DNA of 64,000 nt from assembly GCA_024137785.1 (NCBI GenBank), contig JAHRHZ010000085.1, positions 13,661,272 through 13,725,271 of the forward strand. Direction: 5' to 3'. A program made the translations under genes and the position numbers. Position 1 is the stretch's first letter. Each line of letters starts with the position of its first letter. The notes beneath the pieces were generated by a model. The model ran no database searches. It worked only from the letters and a program-made list of their open reading frames with translations, and was not told the origin of the DNA. This DNA comes from Ginglymostoma cirratum. Lineage: Eukaryota. Positions 47,601 to 59,345 of this stretch are shown here, piece after piece.

Positions 47601-50600
47601 AAGATAATATACCGCCCTCGACCAAGAGCATAGCAGCTGTCAGCAATGACAAGTTGGACACACTGCCTGAAATGGTGGTGCAAGCAGATTCATTATTAAC
47701 TGCACTGGTTCCCTCAGCCTGCATATGCAGTCACCAAAACAGCACTGTCATGAAACTGTCCGTCCCTGACCCAAGACTTTTACAGTCTATATAATTTCCA
47801 GTGTGCAATCAAAGGTGACAGTGGCAGCATTAAAGCAGAGAATCTTTCCCTTGTATTCATACTTCAAAACTGGAAGAAGCTGGTAGCAGTTGACAATTCC
47901 AAGAAGAGCTGCCACTGAAATGTTACAATGATGCACACACTTCATTCTGCTTGTAAACCACGCAGCAGCCTCCTACCAAAGTGTTTGATATCAACACCAG
48001 TGAAGTCTCCTTGAGTGACAGCACCATTGTGACAAATACTCAGTTCAGGAAGTTCATCCGAAGTACAGCACAGCTTCCCAGAGTAGAGGAATATTCAAAC
48101 AAGTACTCAGCTCTTCAAGGCTAAATGTTTTCTTTAAAGACTGCATCCTGTTGAGGTGGGAAGACTTGAATGATCCAACGGCATTAATTGATAATGCGGG
48201 CAGGAATTAACACCACCCAAGACACTCAGGTCAATAGGTCTGACTAAAGCCAAGCGCACTGGCCCTCCAGTCTTCAATCCCCTGAACTAAAGGTCTGGCT
48301 ACTAGTTCACCAGGAAAGAAGAGGGCAATGAAGACTGCTGAAGTATACTTTTTTGACTCCAGTAGCTGGTCTCTGTGATGGTGTGAAATTACACTGTGAG
48401 CTGAATTATAGTCTCCTGTATATTCTTGGCGGGAGGAAGGATTTATCGCAGCCTTGGAAATTTGATGTTAGTATGCGCAGCAGGACGGCTCGGCAATTAA
48501 CGAGGCTGAAAGAGTACTCCATGCTGGTTAGGGATCTTGTAGATTTTGGCATCAGTCCATTGTGACATTATGTTAAGACATGGCTGTCCGTAAGCGCTGC
48601 TAGCTCAGGACCGATTTATTAACAGTGGCAAAGCTTTGACTGGGGAAATGTGCTGACACCTTCCAAAGAGAGACTGTAAGAGCAGGTTTCATACACGAGT
48701 AGTCAGCAACAATGTATTTAGTCAGCTCTTAAAGAAACTCCTTCCATCAACAATCTGGCAACAGTAGCACCCCTCGACACGAGGTGGCTGTGGTCAATAC
48801 TGAATTGGACTATATGAAGACAGTGCAGTTTTAACCCCATATGCTCCAAATTTAACCTCCAACACAGGACAAGAACAAGACATGTGGTTAGTTATAAACC
48901 AAAACAGAAAACTAAAGCATGCACAAGCCACTATTTTAATTGCAGGCCTTTGGGAGGTTTGAGAGGTGAGGCCTTGTAAATATTCAAACATCAGGATTTG
49001 AAATTGTCATTCAGACCTTAGTGCAATTTTAATACAACTATGCAAGTTACACTGAGTGCTGACTGTAATGGTGAAACCATGGATAAAATGACCCAGAGTC
49101 CAGATGGTAGCAAGGTAACACTGATCAGCCAACAGCAGCGACAGTGCTCCTTCCCACGTCTCAAAGAAAAACGTGGACGTCCGGCATCTTTCGTATTGTC
49201 CCATGCCTGTTGCCTCACTGCACCAGCCACTCCCACCTGAAGATAGGAATTGGGTGGGAGATCAGGGAATTCATACTGATTTTGAGATGGGTAGTGTCAG
49301 CACACCTAAGTCAGCACTTTTTCTGGTGATTTCCCTTTAGCTTGGATTTGTTATTTAATATCTCCAGCTCTGAGCAAGCTGCTTTATGTTTCTATGTATG
49401 TGTCAGCATGACCTCACCTGTACGGACGCCAAAAATGGGGCATCATTTAGATCAGGAGGTCACCAAGAAGGCCAATAGTCTCCATCCTCCAAAAACTCTG
49501 CAGAAGTCAGGGGAAGAAGCCAGAATGGGTTTTACTCGAACAAGCGAGAATGGAATTATACGAGTGTAGTCCCACAAAACTGGTGGAAGAGCAGGATCAC
49601 AGGGTGAACTGATCAGAGTTCATGGAGAACACAAGAATGAGGAAAGTGGAGAATCTTAACTCTGGAACAAGATACCGTCTGTTAGTTTGGACGGTATCTT
49701 CTGCATTCTGCTGGCTGGGTGTAAATGGGGCTGAACATATTTAGACAGAAAAACGTGGGAGAGATGGCCCAGGAGGGAGAGCTGAAGGACATGAGGCTCC
49801 AGTTAACCACTCAACCTTTGGGCACATTGTGCACATAATGTACAGTATGTACAGGGCATGTGTGTACATGTTACGCCTCAAACAATGTGTATGTGACATG
49901 GACCTGGATGCGCCCGGGTTCCAAATGGCATTTAAAGGAGAGCCCGTTGCAGAATTCCTTAGAAGGGGCTTTAAATGCTGATGGAGGAAGACCGGTCAGA
50001 GTGGGGTTCATCATTTCCTTTCCACATCCAGAATTTCTCGCAGTCGCTGCATGTATACAGCGCTTGAATATGAAAGGCGGGGCAAATTTATTTATTCCAG
50101 ATGGCATTTAACCTGTCAAATGAGAACTAAGTCACCTGACCTTAGTGGCTAATTCAGCAGCAGTTTGCAGTTAGGATGCAGTGACAGTATCCCAACATTG
50201 TCTTGTGTTGACAGGATTCTGGCCTACAAAGGACCCCAAAAACCCCTTTCCCCACAAAAGTGATACAAGACTCTCAATGTGCATTGGTAATGTTGGACCT
50301 GTAATCAGCAGGCTTTCAGCATGGCATCGGTATGTAAATGATGTTCAGTTAATACGTACCCTATGCTGCACCATAATGACATATAATTAGGTGGCGGAAA
50401 AGCTATCAAATATTAAAGCAATGTGCAGTCACCATGCACAATGGCCCGTGCAGCTGATCTCATTTTATTTACTAAATCTGGATTCTCCAAAGAGCAGTAC
50501 CACTATCAATATTAGCCATAATACAACACAAGCACCTCCTCTGCTCTCCTCCCTTTAGCTTGGTTCTGTTCTTTAATATTGCCAGCCCTGAGCAAGCTGT

Positions 50601-51649
50601 TTTCAGTTAGGTTCTCTGATTTCCATCAGCAGCTGAGTGACAAGGAAGTACAAACACAACAAAATGGAACCCCTCCTAATGGATGTGGTGAGCAGGCAGT
50701 AATGAAATCAGAGTAGGCTGTTAAAAGAAGGGACACTGCTAACCATTCTTCCAAATAAAACATCATAGCCAGGGCAGCAAGTTGAGGTTATTAATCGGCT
50801 GGAACATTAGATCTCCAAATAATCTGAAATGCCAAAAGAAGTAGTGCCAAAATCATGGAATTTTATTGCCTGTACCTACAAATCATAACCATCATCACTT
50901 ACACTGAGAAAGCATCTCGAACGCAATGTCCAAAGCTGCTCACTAAGATGTCAAAAATAAAAGGCTGCTAAGCCAAAGGAGATGGAGACAAAAGTTCAGT
51001 TCAAACTTTTAAGGACTGTCTCCAGAGGAATGGTAGGTGGAGATGTGGAGGGTTTTAGGGGAGGACAGCTTTTAGTTGCACGTGATTTAATTTCTGTTAA
51101 TTTGAGATCATGCAATGACATGTACAGGCTCAGCCCAGTCGCAGTACTGTTTTCCCCCAGCTTTCTGTCTGTCACACAATTTGCCCCACAGGGAAAAGAT
51201 TCATGTACAGAATGGGTATTGACTGAAATTATGGCTTCACTGAAATTGCTATGCCTGTAGACAGTGTTCTATTGACGTTTGGAAGTTACTTTAAGGGCAT
51301 GACACAAACGTGTACAGCAACTCACAGGATGCACAACAAACTGTGTTGGCAGTGATAGATTTGTATTGAGGGGTTGGTGGGGAAGTGCAGTTTAACACTC
51401 CTGTTCCTCAGGATCCCTAATCAAGTGTGGTAAAATACATCAGAAAACTGTAAAGATGCTCTATTGATTTAATTTCTTCACTTTATTTACTGGTATCATC
51501 TGCTTTATTATTAATGTGGTTTATAAACCATCCATGTGCCTACTTAACCTGATATTTGTATTTAAGGGACTGAGGATGGGTACTGTGCATGGGTGCAATC
51601 AAGTCTCCAAATTTTTCTTCACGCCAAGAATTCTTCATCCTGCCCAGAA

Positions 51650-52563
51650 CTACACAATCTTCAGCGCCATGCACAACTCCTTAGATACTGAAGAATTCCA
51701 TGTTCAAAAGCAACAAGATCTGGACAACATCCAGGCTTGGGCTAACAGTGGCAAGTAACATTCATATCACTCAAATGCCAGGGAATGACCACCCCCAATA
51801 AGAGACAACCTAACCACCACTCCTTGATACCGCTATCAACATCCTGAGGGGGTTACCATTAATCAGAAACTGAACTGGACGGGCCAGATACATACTGTGG
51901 TTGCAAGAGCAGGTCAGAGGCTAGGAACCTTGTAGCAAGTAACTTCCCTCCTGGCTCCCCGAAGCCTCTCCACCATCCACAAGGCACTAGTCAGGATTGT
52001 GAATGGAATACTCCCCATTTGCCTGGATCAGTGAAGCTCCACCAACACTCAAGAAGCTTGACACCATTCGGGACAAAACAGCACATTTCATTGGCACTAC
52101 ATCCGCAAACATTCACTACCTCCACTGCTGACACTCAGTTGCAGCGGTGTGTAGTATCTACAAGATAAGCTGCAGAAATTCATCAAAACTCCTTAGACAG
52201 CACCTTCCAAACCCACAACTACTTCCATCTAGAAGGACAAGGGCAGCAAATACATGGGAACACCACCACCTTCAATTTCCCTTCCATATAGAAGGACAAG
52301 GGCAGCAAATACATGGGAACACCACCACCTTCAATTTCCCTTCCAAGCCACTCACCATACTGACTTGGAAATATATTGCCATTCCTACAGTATCGCTGGG
52401 TCAAAATCTTGGAATTCCCTCCTTAAAGTTATTGTGGGTCTGCCTACAGCACATGGACTGCAGTGGTTAAAGAAGGCAGCTCACTATCACCTTCTTAAGG
52501 GCAACTACAGGCAGAAAATAAATACTGGCCAGCCAGCGATGCTCATGGGTGAAAAAGAATAAC
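51650..52563 (+). mobile_element. Second LINE family 3' region with internal 59-bp tandem duplication
   Basis: QQDLDNIQAWA; homologous to 24975-25960; tail aataaatactggccagccagcgatgctc. Confidence 0.87.
52228..52345 (+). repeat. 59-bp tandem duplication
   Basis: 52228-52286 equals 52287-52345 with 1 mismatch, bounded by cttcca. Confidence 0.92.
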
Positions 52564-55464
52564 AATTAGTCATTGTATGAGGATCTCAGTTGAGATTGCA
52601 ACAGGTCTCCAGCCATTAATAATAGGCTGAGCCATATACCCGCATCAGACTTCAGTCAAGCTCATCCCCTGCTCCTTCCAGGTCTTTGTGGGGATGCCTC
52701 TTCGTAATCGCAATGCCTTACTTGGACTATATTGAAGAGTATCCCTGGATCAATTTTAATTTCAGAACAATATATTCCATACTAACACTGCTGGAAGGAT
52801 CAGCTTTGTTGGAAGGATGCTCAGCTGGTGTCCAGAGAACACATCAGAGTCACTGTCATCAGCCATAGAAGTAAATGGGAGCCACGAAATCCCAGTTACG
52901 TGCCTTCAGTGCAGAAAGTCAACTGTAGACTTTTATGGACAGCCAGCAGGCAGTAACCAGCACTGCTGTGGTACAAACAATAGAAGGAATGTTACTGATG
53001 CTCTTCAGATGCCTGATGACTGCACAATACCAATGAGTACATCTAACAGCAGCTGGCATTTCCAGTAACTAAAAATGGGAAAATCAAAATGGAGAAGACA
53101 GTCCAGAACACATCCCTGACCCATCCCATCTGGACCTGATTCTGTTCTTTCTCTCCTTATTCTTAGAAGCAGGGCAGGAATTCTCAACTACCCTTGGGTC
53201 TCATTTTGCTTCAAGTGTAATGGGAAAGAGAAGGTATGCTGTTGGTTAGGAGAAGCAGCTAGAAATCGGGCAGTTTTTAAAATTTGCAGGGGATGACAGA
53301 GAGGCACCCCTCCTAATCTCTTGCTAGTGTTTGGAGGAAAAGGTTGACTTGCCTGTCTTACATGATGTAGGTGTTGGCAGTACTTCAGCTAGGTGCCTGG
53401 AGAGAGACGAGACTCTCGATGTAACCATTTCCTTTGTGGGAGATGCGTTACTGTCATGATCAAGCCTGAGTCGGTATGGTATTCTGGGCTGAAGATGTGA
53501 TCAGCACTCAAAGACATGACACCATTCAGGACTCTCGATGAGCCCATGGCAGGCTTACCCTGCAGAACGATGACAGATGTAGACTTCTCAAGACAAGTGA
53601 AATTCAGAAGCAGTGAGCAGTTGCGGCAAGTGGAAACAGGAGAGAAAGATTTGTGCGTGAGAAGGAATTATTCTATTTTCTGTTTATACCTCCAATGCAA
53701 ACAGTACTTTGCACATACGTCAAATATGGGTAAAAAAAAAAGCCAGGCTCGACCTTAAATCTGGAGAAAGCCAAAATGCAGGACATATCCCCAGTAGAAA
53801 ATTCTTGCGTTTGCTGCGAATATTATTTTTAGATTTCCTCCTCCCCAGAGGAGGACAGAATGAAAGTGTACACCTGCATTTGGAGCTAATTCTGCTGCTC
53901 TCTTTCTAATTTCACAAAGCATCCATCAGAGCCCCCAGCAACGAGCTCTACCATGTTCAACCTCACAACCTGCCTAGGCAACCCCTTAGCAACACCCTAG
54001 CAACAAGGCTGAAACCCTTGCTGCAGAGTTCTCCTCCAGAGATGCAAATGAATTATTAACAACATTGTGTCAGTGCATTGTGGCAGGAGTCTGAAGTGAA
54101 AACTATAATAACCATTTAAATACACTGAGATTGCACAGAGCAATCACTTTCGTGCTGGGGCCAGCCCTTCTTGCTCAGCTGGTTTCCATACTTGATCGCT
54201 TGTTGTTCTTGGCTCCAGCATCGCAGGCTCAGCCCATTAGGCCTATCAGACACATGAAGAGTAATAGCTACAATTGGAGGTCGTGATAGTTCCTTCAAGT
54301 ATTATCACCTCGTTCTTCCAGGCTTGTTTATACAGGCAACACCATTTCCATCAAGAGGCGTTAATTGTATGAAAGCCTCGATTCCTGCTCTGCTTCCCAG
54401 AGATGGCAGGAGATAAGCATTATTAGGGCCAGAGACTGAAGTGATAGGGGGAAGGAACATGTAAATGAGACCAGAACAGCAGAATGAAATAGCATCATAA
54501 ACCACAACACCATCAAATCACCTTAGCAAACCTGCATGCCAATGTCAGCCTTCATTCTACAGATGTGCTTTATTTTTCCACAGGAGACAACTGTGCCAGT
54601 AATCAAAAATCAGGATGGTCCAGGCAATGGGTTGGCAGCTCCACAGAACTGGCCATTCATTGAAAACAGCAGAACTATTTTGCAGTCAAACGTTTGGCAC
54701 TTCCCTTTAAACTGCTACAGAAGTATTACTCCTCTGAGATGGGTCAGAGATTTTCCACAGTTCCTCCCCTTACATTGGCCTAGGTTTGTATAGTATTTTT
54801 TCACCCTTTTCAGGAGGCTATGTCTTTCTGTTGGGCGCCTCTATATTGTTCCACACAAGACACTTCAGTTTTGTGGGCCAAGCTGCACTTGCTGTTGTTC
54901 ATATGTTCACATCAGTTGCTGACGCCATCATTTTCAGCCAAACCCTGCCACCATGGTGACGTCCCTAACCCAGGAGAGGGATGCTGTTCACCTGAAAAAT
55001 TACATCAGGCTGGGGTCAGTGGTGGACCAGTCAAGTGGGCTCATACAATGAAGCCAACAAAACAGCAGTGCCACCAGTGAAAGGAAAATCTAAGCTTCTT
55101 GGTATCAGAATTATATGCAATTTGAAACTCTTCTAAAGGAGACAGAAACAAAGAAATGGACATGAAGAAAGGGAAGGATGAAAAGGGAACGATCTGCTCC
55201 AATCAAATGCCTTAAAAACAATTCTGAAGATGTCGATAAAAGCTGCCAACAAAATAACAAAATTATGGTTTGCCAACTGCCTGATGCCAGCAGATGCCAT
55301 TTCAAAATCTTTCTGGTCTAGATTCCACTCGGATTATTTGATTAGTGGAATCATAGCAAAATTACAGCACACAAGGAGGCTATTCAGCCCATCATGTCTG
55401 AGTCAGCTCAATAAACTAAATGCCCATTCTAATCCCAATTTCCATCACCAGGCCCATTTTAAAA

Positions 55465-55598
55465 TGTGTTTATTTATATCTTGCTTTCTAATCAACCTGT
55501 TCAGAGATATAACTACACACCTCTGGAGCAGGTGAGACTTGAACCCAGGTCTCTTGATCCAGGGTCAGGAAACTACCATGGTGCCACAAGAGGGCCCC
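55465..55598 (-). mobile_element. Short tRNA-derived SINE
   Basis: ttctaatcaacctgttc...ctctggagcaggtgagacttgaacccagg...gtgccacaagagggcccc; same family as 20060-20186. Confidence 0.75.
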
Positions 55599-55769
55599 AG
55601 CACCCAGTCCTAGCCTTGAAAGTTAAAGTGCTTCAGGTGCAGATTCCGATTCCTTTTAAATGAGCTGAGGTGTTCCACCTCAACCATCCAACTGGGCAGT
55701 GAATTCCAAACACCCAACCTCCTGCCCACGGGATACAGATAGTTAATACAGAGAGTTAATATAGAGCTA

Positions 55770-55980
55770 TTTACAAAAAGGGTAATCTCATCCTGCCCCT
55801 TCTTATCGAGTGTCATCTTGGGGTTAATTCTGGTTTTGGTCAAAATGAATAGGCAATATCAACACAGTTACTGTTTTGAATCTCTGCCAGCTTTCTTTTT
55901 GACTTAAGTGACTAACTATCCCTGTTATTAAATGTTGCTCCATTTGCCTTGGTGGTAGTAGCTACCTTCTTCTCTTCCAA
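55770..55980. repeat. Unclassified dispersed repeat, copy 1
   Basis: Aligns by eye over ~210 bp with 57387-57593 in the same orientation. Confidence 0.75.
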
Positions 55981-56317
55981 ACAGAATTTCCTTTATCCCG
56001 TCCAATCCCTCTACCAAAAAGCATACATTTTGCTCCCTGGTAACTGATCTCTCTGCGGAGAGACGGCCCTCTCTATCCACTTCATCCAAGCCTGTCACTA
56101 TTTTGCCCATCTCATTTAAGTCACCCCTTAACTTCCTCTAGTTTAATCTGAATGCTATTTTTCGCTGAAATGTAATGCTCAGCCAAATTCCTCTTACAAT
56201 GAAGTGGACCATAATGGGTGAGTCATTTTGTCTAGCTATTACTTCCCTCTGATACTCCTGACTTTCTCTCCTCCAGCACTCCACCCAGAAGCTAACTTAC
56301 TCAATTCACAACACTCT

Positions 56318-56500
56318 TAGAGTCATGGAGCTGTACAGCATGGAAACAGACACTTTGATCCAACTCGTCCATGCCAACCAGATATCCTAAATTAATCTAG
56401 TCCCATTTGCCAGTATTTGGCCCATATGGCACTAAACCCTTCCTACTAATATACCCATCCCGATGCCTTTTAAATGTTGTAATTGTACCAAAACACTCAC
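56318..56500 (-). mobile_element. HER1-type CR1 LINE 3' tail
   Basis: tagagtcatggagctgtacagcatggaaacagac...atccaactcgtccatgccaacc is the reverse of an HE1/HER1-type tail. Confidence 0.75.
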
Positions 56501-57386
56501 TACACTCTTGTTGTTTCCCCAGATAGAGTTATGATGCAATTCCCCTAAATCCAAGAGTTGCAAATTTGAGGAACCTGGTGCACGGTCACATTCATCAGTC
56601 AGCCACCTGGTGCAATTGGAAGAAAAGTATCTTTGCAGTATCACACAAATATTTAGTTGTACAAATTATTGCTGATCAAATCATGATTAATGATTCCAGC
56701 ACAAACACCATGACCCAGCCCTTTTGAAAACTGCAAGTGACATAGTAACCCTCCCTTTGCTGCTATCTTTCAGAGGAAAGACAAGGTGTACAATGGATGT
56801 CACAGATTCATCTCAGTCACTACATTAACTCACTCCTGAAGTATTCCAGTGCTGCAGCGGAATGGTGATCCATCTCTTGAAAAGGCATTCTGCCTTTTGT
56901 TCAAAAGCTCATCCCTTAAGCAAAGCAAAGACACTAATCATCATCATCGGTATGGAGAGGCAGTGTGCTATTTTTATACAGATGGCAAGCCATGCACATA
57001 ATTCTGAAACTACTCAGTAACTAGGTTGGGCGGGGATGGCAAATGGAGAGGAAAGAATCCCTGCCAAGAGCTACTTATAACTGCACAACCCTGCTGCATT
57101 TATAAATGCTGCTAGTTAATGCCCTCTCCTAGTGAGCATGGTACTGAATATCAGAGATTAGAACAAAAGGAACCCACTTGTTCTGTTGAGAAATTTGAGG
57201 CCACCGTACATGATTTTGCTATTAAGGCACACGGATAATGTCACTCCACTGCACCATTGGTTAAATTATCATGACATCTTGTGTGGGACAAGAATCCACC
57301 TTACCTTTTGACAATCTCTATACTTCGAGTCATTACTTCACTGGTATATTATGAGAGCTCCCTGAATTCGGGAAATATAAGGCAAC

Positions 57387-57593
57387 TTTACAAAATAGTC
57401 ATCTCGTCCTGTCCTACCTATCGAGTATCCTCTTGGAATTAATTCTCATTTTGGTCAAACACAAATGGGCAGTATCAATACAGATACTGTTATGCATCTC
57501 TGCCAGCTATCTTTTCGAGTGAAGCCACAAACTATCCCTATTGTTAAATGCTGTTTCATTTGTCTTGGCATTAGTCACCTTCTTCTCGTCCAA
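57387..57593. repeat. Unclassified dispersed repeat, copy 2
   Basis: Shares tatcgagt, ttaattct..ttttggtcaaa, atctctgccagct, aactatccct and accttcttctc with copy 1. Confidence 0.75.
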
Positions 57594-57779
57594 GTAGAGA
57601 ATAAACTTTGTTGGACCAGTGACTGCCACCAGTGACTAAAGTTAATGTTTATGGTATTTATTAAGTGTTCTGTTTTGGTCAGATAGCAACATCATAAAAT
57701 AGGAACAGCTGTAGACCACTCAAACACTCAAGATTATTCATGTGCTTAGACCAGTCACTACATTTAGTGTCACAGAATT

Positions 57780-58470
57780 CTAGAATGGTAACATCACGGA
57801 AGGTGCCCATTCGGCCCACTGAGTCCATCTTGGTTCCATGCGCGAGAAATTTAACAAGTCCCATTCCTCTATTGTTTCCCACAGCCTTGCAAGTTCTCTC
57901 CCCTCAGGTAATGATCTAATTCTCTTCTCAATGCCATGATTGATCTGTGTCCACCACATTCTGAAGCAGTGAATTCAAGATCCTAATCACTCACAAGAAC
58001 AGAGAAGTAGGTCATTCAGCCCCTTGAGTCTGCTCCAACATTCTAGATTACTGTCATTTTCCCATTCTATACCCGTATCCCTTGATATTTAGTACTGAGA
58101 CACCTATTGATCTCTACCTTAAATATATCTTGAATATACTCAAAGACTCCACAGCTTTTTGGGGTAAAGGATTCAATAGATTCGCTACCCTCTGAATGAG
58201 GAAACTCCTTCTCATCTCAGTCCCAAATGACTTGCCCCACATTTCCTGCATAAACAAGATATTCTTTATCTCAGTTTTGACATTTTTCCCATCATTTTAA
58301 TTCAGTTCTCTCCGGTTTTTGACCCTTCTGCCAGTCAGGAATATTTTCACTCTTTCTACTCAGACTAGGTCCATCGTTCTGAACACAGAAATCGTTCTCT
58401 AAGAAGAGAGATCCTTGCTTCTCAAATTTAAACATGTAACTCAATTATTTCATTCCTGGATTCTCACATC
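57780..58470 (-). mobile_element. Nested CR1 LINE 3' ends
   Basis: Two reversed tails (ggaaggtgcccattcggccc at ~57800; agaagtaggtcattcagcccc at ~58005) and decayed RT C-termini. Confidence 0.65.
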
Positions 58471-58799
58471 ATTTCTCTAAAGGGACACCCTACATTAACT
58501 AGAATGTAGGCTCGAGGGTTCCAGGTCTTTGGAATAGGAAGTGTTGATATTAACCAGATAGAACTGACAAACTCACTGGTAAATCTGCTGGACATTGGCT
58601 TGAAGGATTCTCTGGAACTAGTAAGAAAAACTTTAGCACCTAGCAAGAGAACTCACTGGTGAGCCAGGCTTGACAGTCAATTATTACTAGAAAAGACGCC
58701 CCAGTGTGCTTTCTCTGAGCAATCGATTTCTGAACTGATTTTGTTTAGGGTCAGGAAGGTGCTGAATGAGTGGTTCCTTGGTCCATCATTCCTTGGTTA

Positions 58800-59345
58800 C
58801 AGCCATTAATTGGGTGGATGTGGAGAGGTTGCTTCCCTTCATGGGTGAGTCTATAACCAGGGGACATGATCTCAGCATTAGGGATTACCCATTTAAAACA
58901 GAGATAAGGAGGAATTTTTTTTCTGAGGGTAGTGAATCAGTGGAACTTTTTACCACAGAGTGTTGTATTGTCAAGTATATTTGAGTTTAAAAAAGACATT
59001 TTTAATTGGTAAGGGTATAGGGTTATGGGGAAAAGGCAAGAAAATGAAGTTGAGGATTATCAGGTCAGCCCAAGATTTCATGAATGATGGACCTGGAATG
59101 CATTGCCAGAAGAGGTGGTGGAAACAGATACAACATTCAAGCAGCAGTTGGACAAATACATGAATAGAAAAGGAATGGACGGATACAGATCCAAAGGGAA
59201 GATGGTTTTAGTATGGCAGGGCAAAATGTGTCGGTGCAGGCTTGGATGGCCAAAGGGCCTGTTCCTGTGCTTTACTGTTCTTTGTTCTTTTGACCAGATT
59301 TGATGGGCTGAAGGGCCCACCTCTGCTCCTACATCTTATGGTCTT
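58800..59345 (+). mobile_element. Nested CR1 LINE 3' ends
   Basis: VDVERLLPFMGESITRGHDLSIRDYPFKTEIRRNFFS; WNALPEEVVETDTTFKQQLDKYM; tails gggcctgttcctgtgc and ctgctcctacatcttatggtctt. Confidence 0.8.

Larger units (their letters stand above)
55365..56140 (-). mobile_element. CR1 LINE 3' end, split by a SINE and an unclassified insertion
   Basis: Reversed tail ggaggctattcagcccatc; VWNSLPSWMVEVEHLSSFK and GLDEVDREG remnants. Confidence 0.65.

Noticed and set aside
48580-48600. Possible REST/RE1 site (ggctgtccgtaagcgctgc)
   Set aside because: Only one half-site matches; the spacing and second half deviate from GGCGCTGTCCGTGGTGCTGAA.
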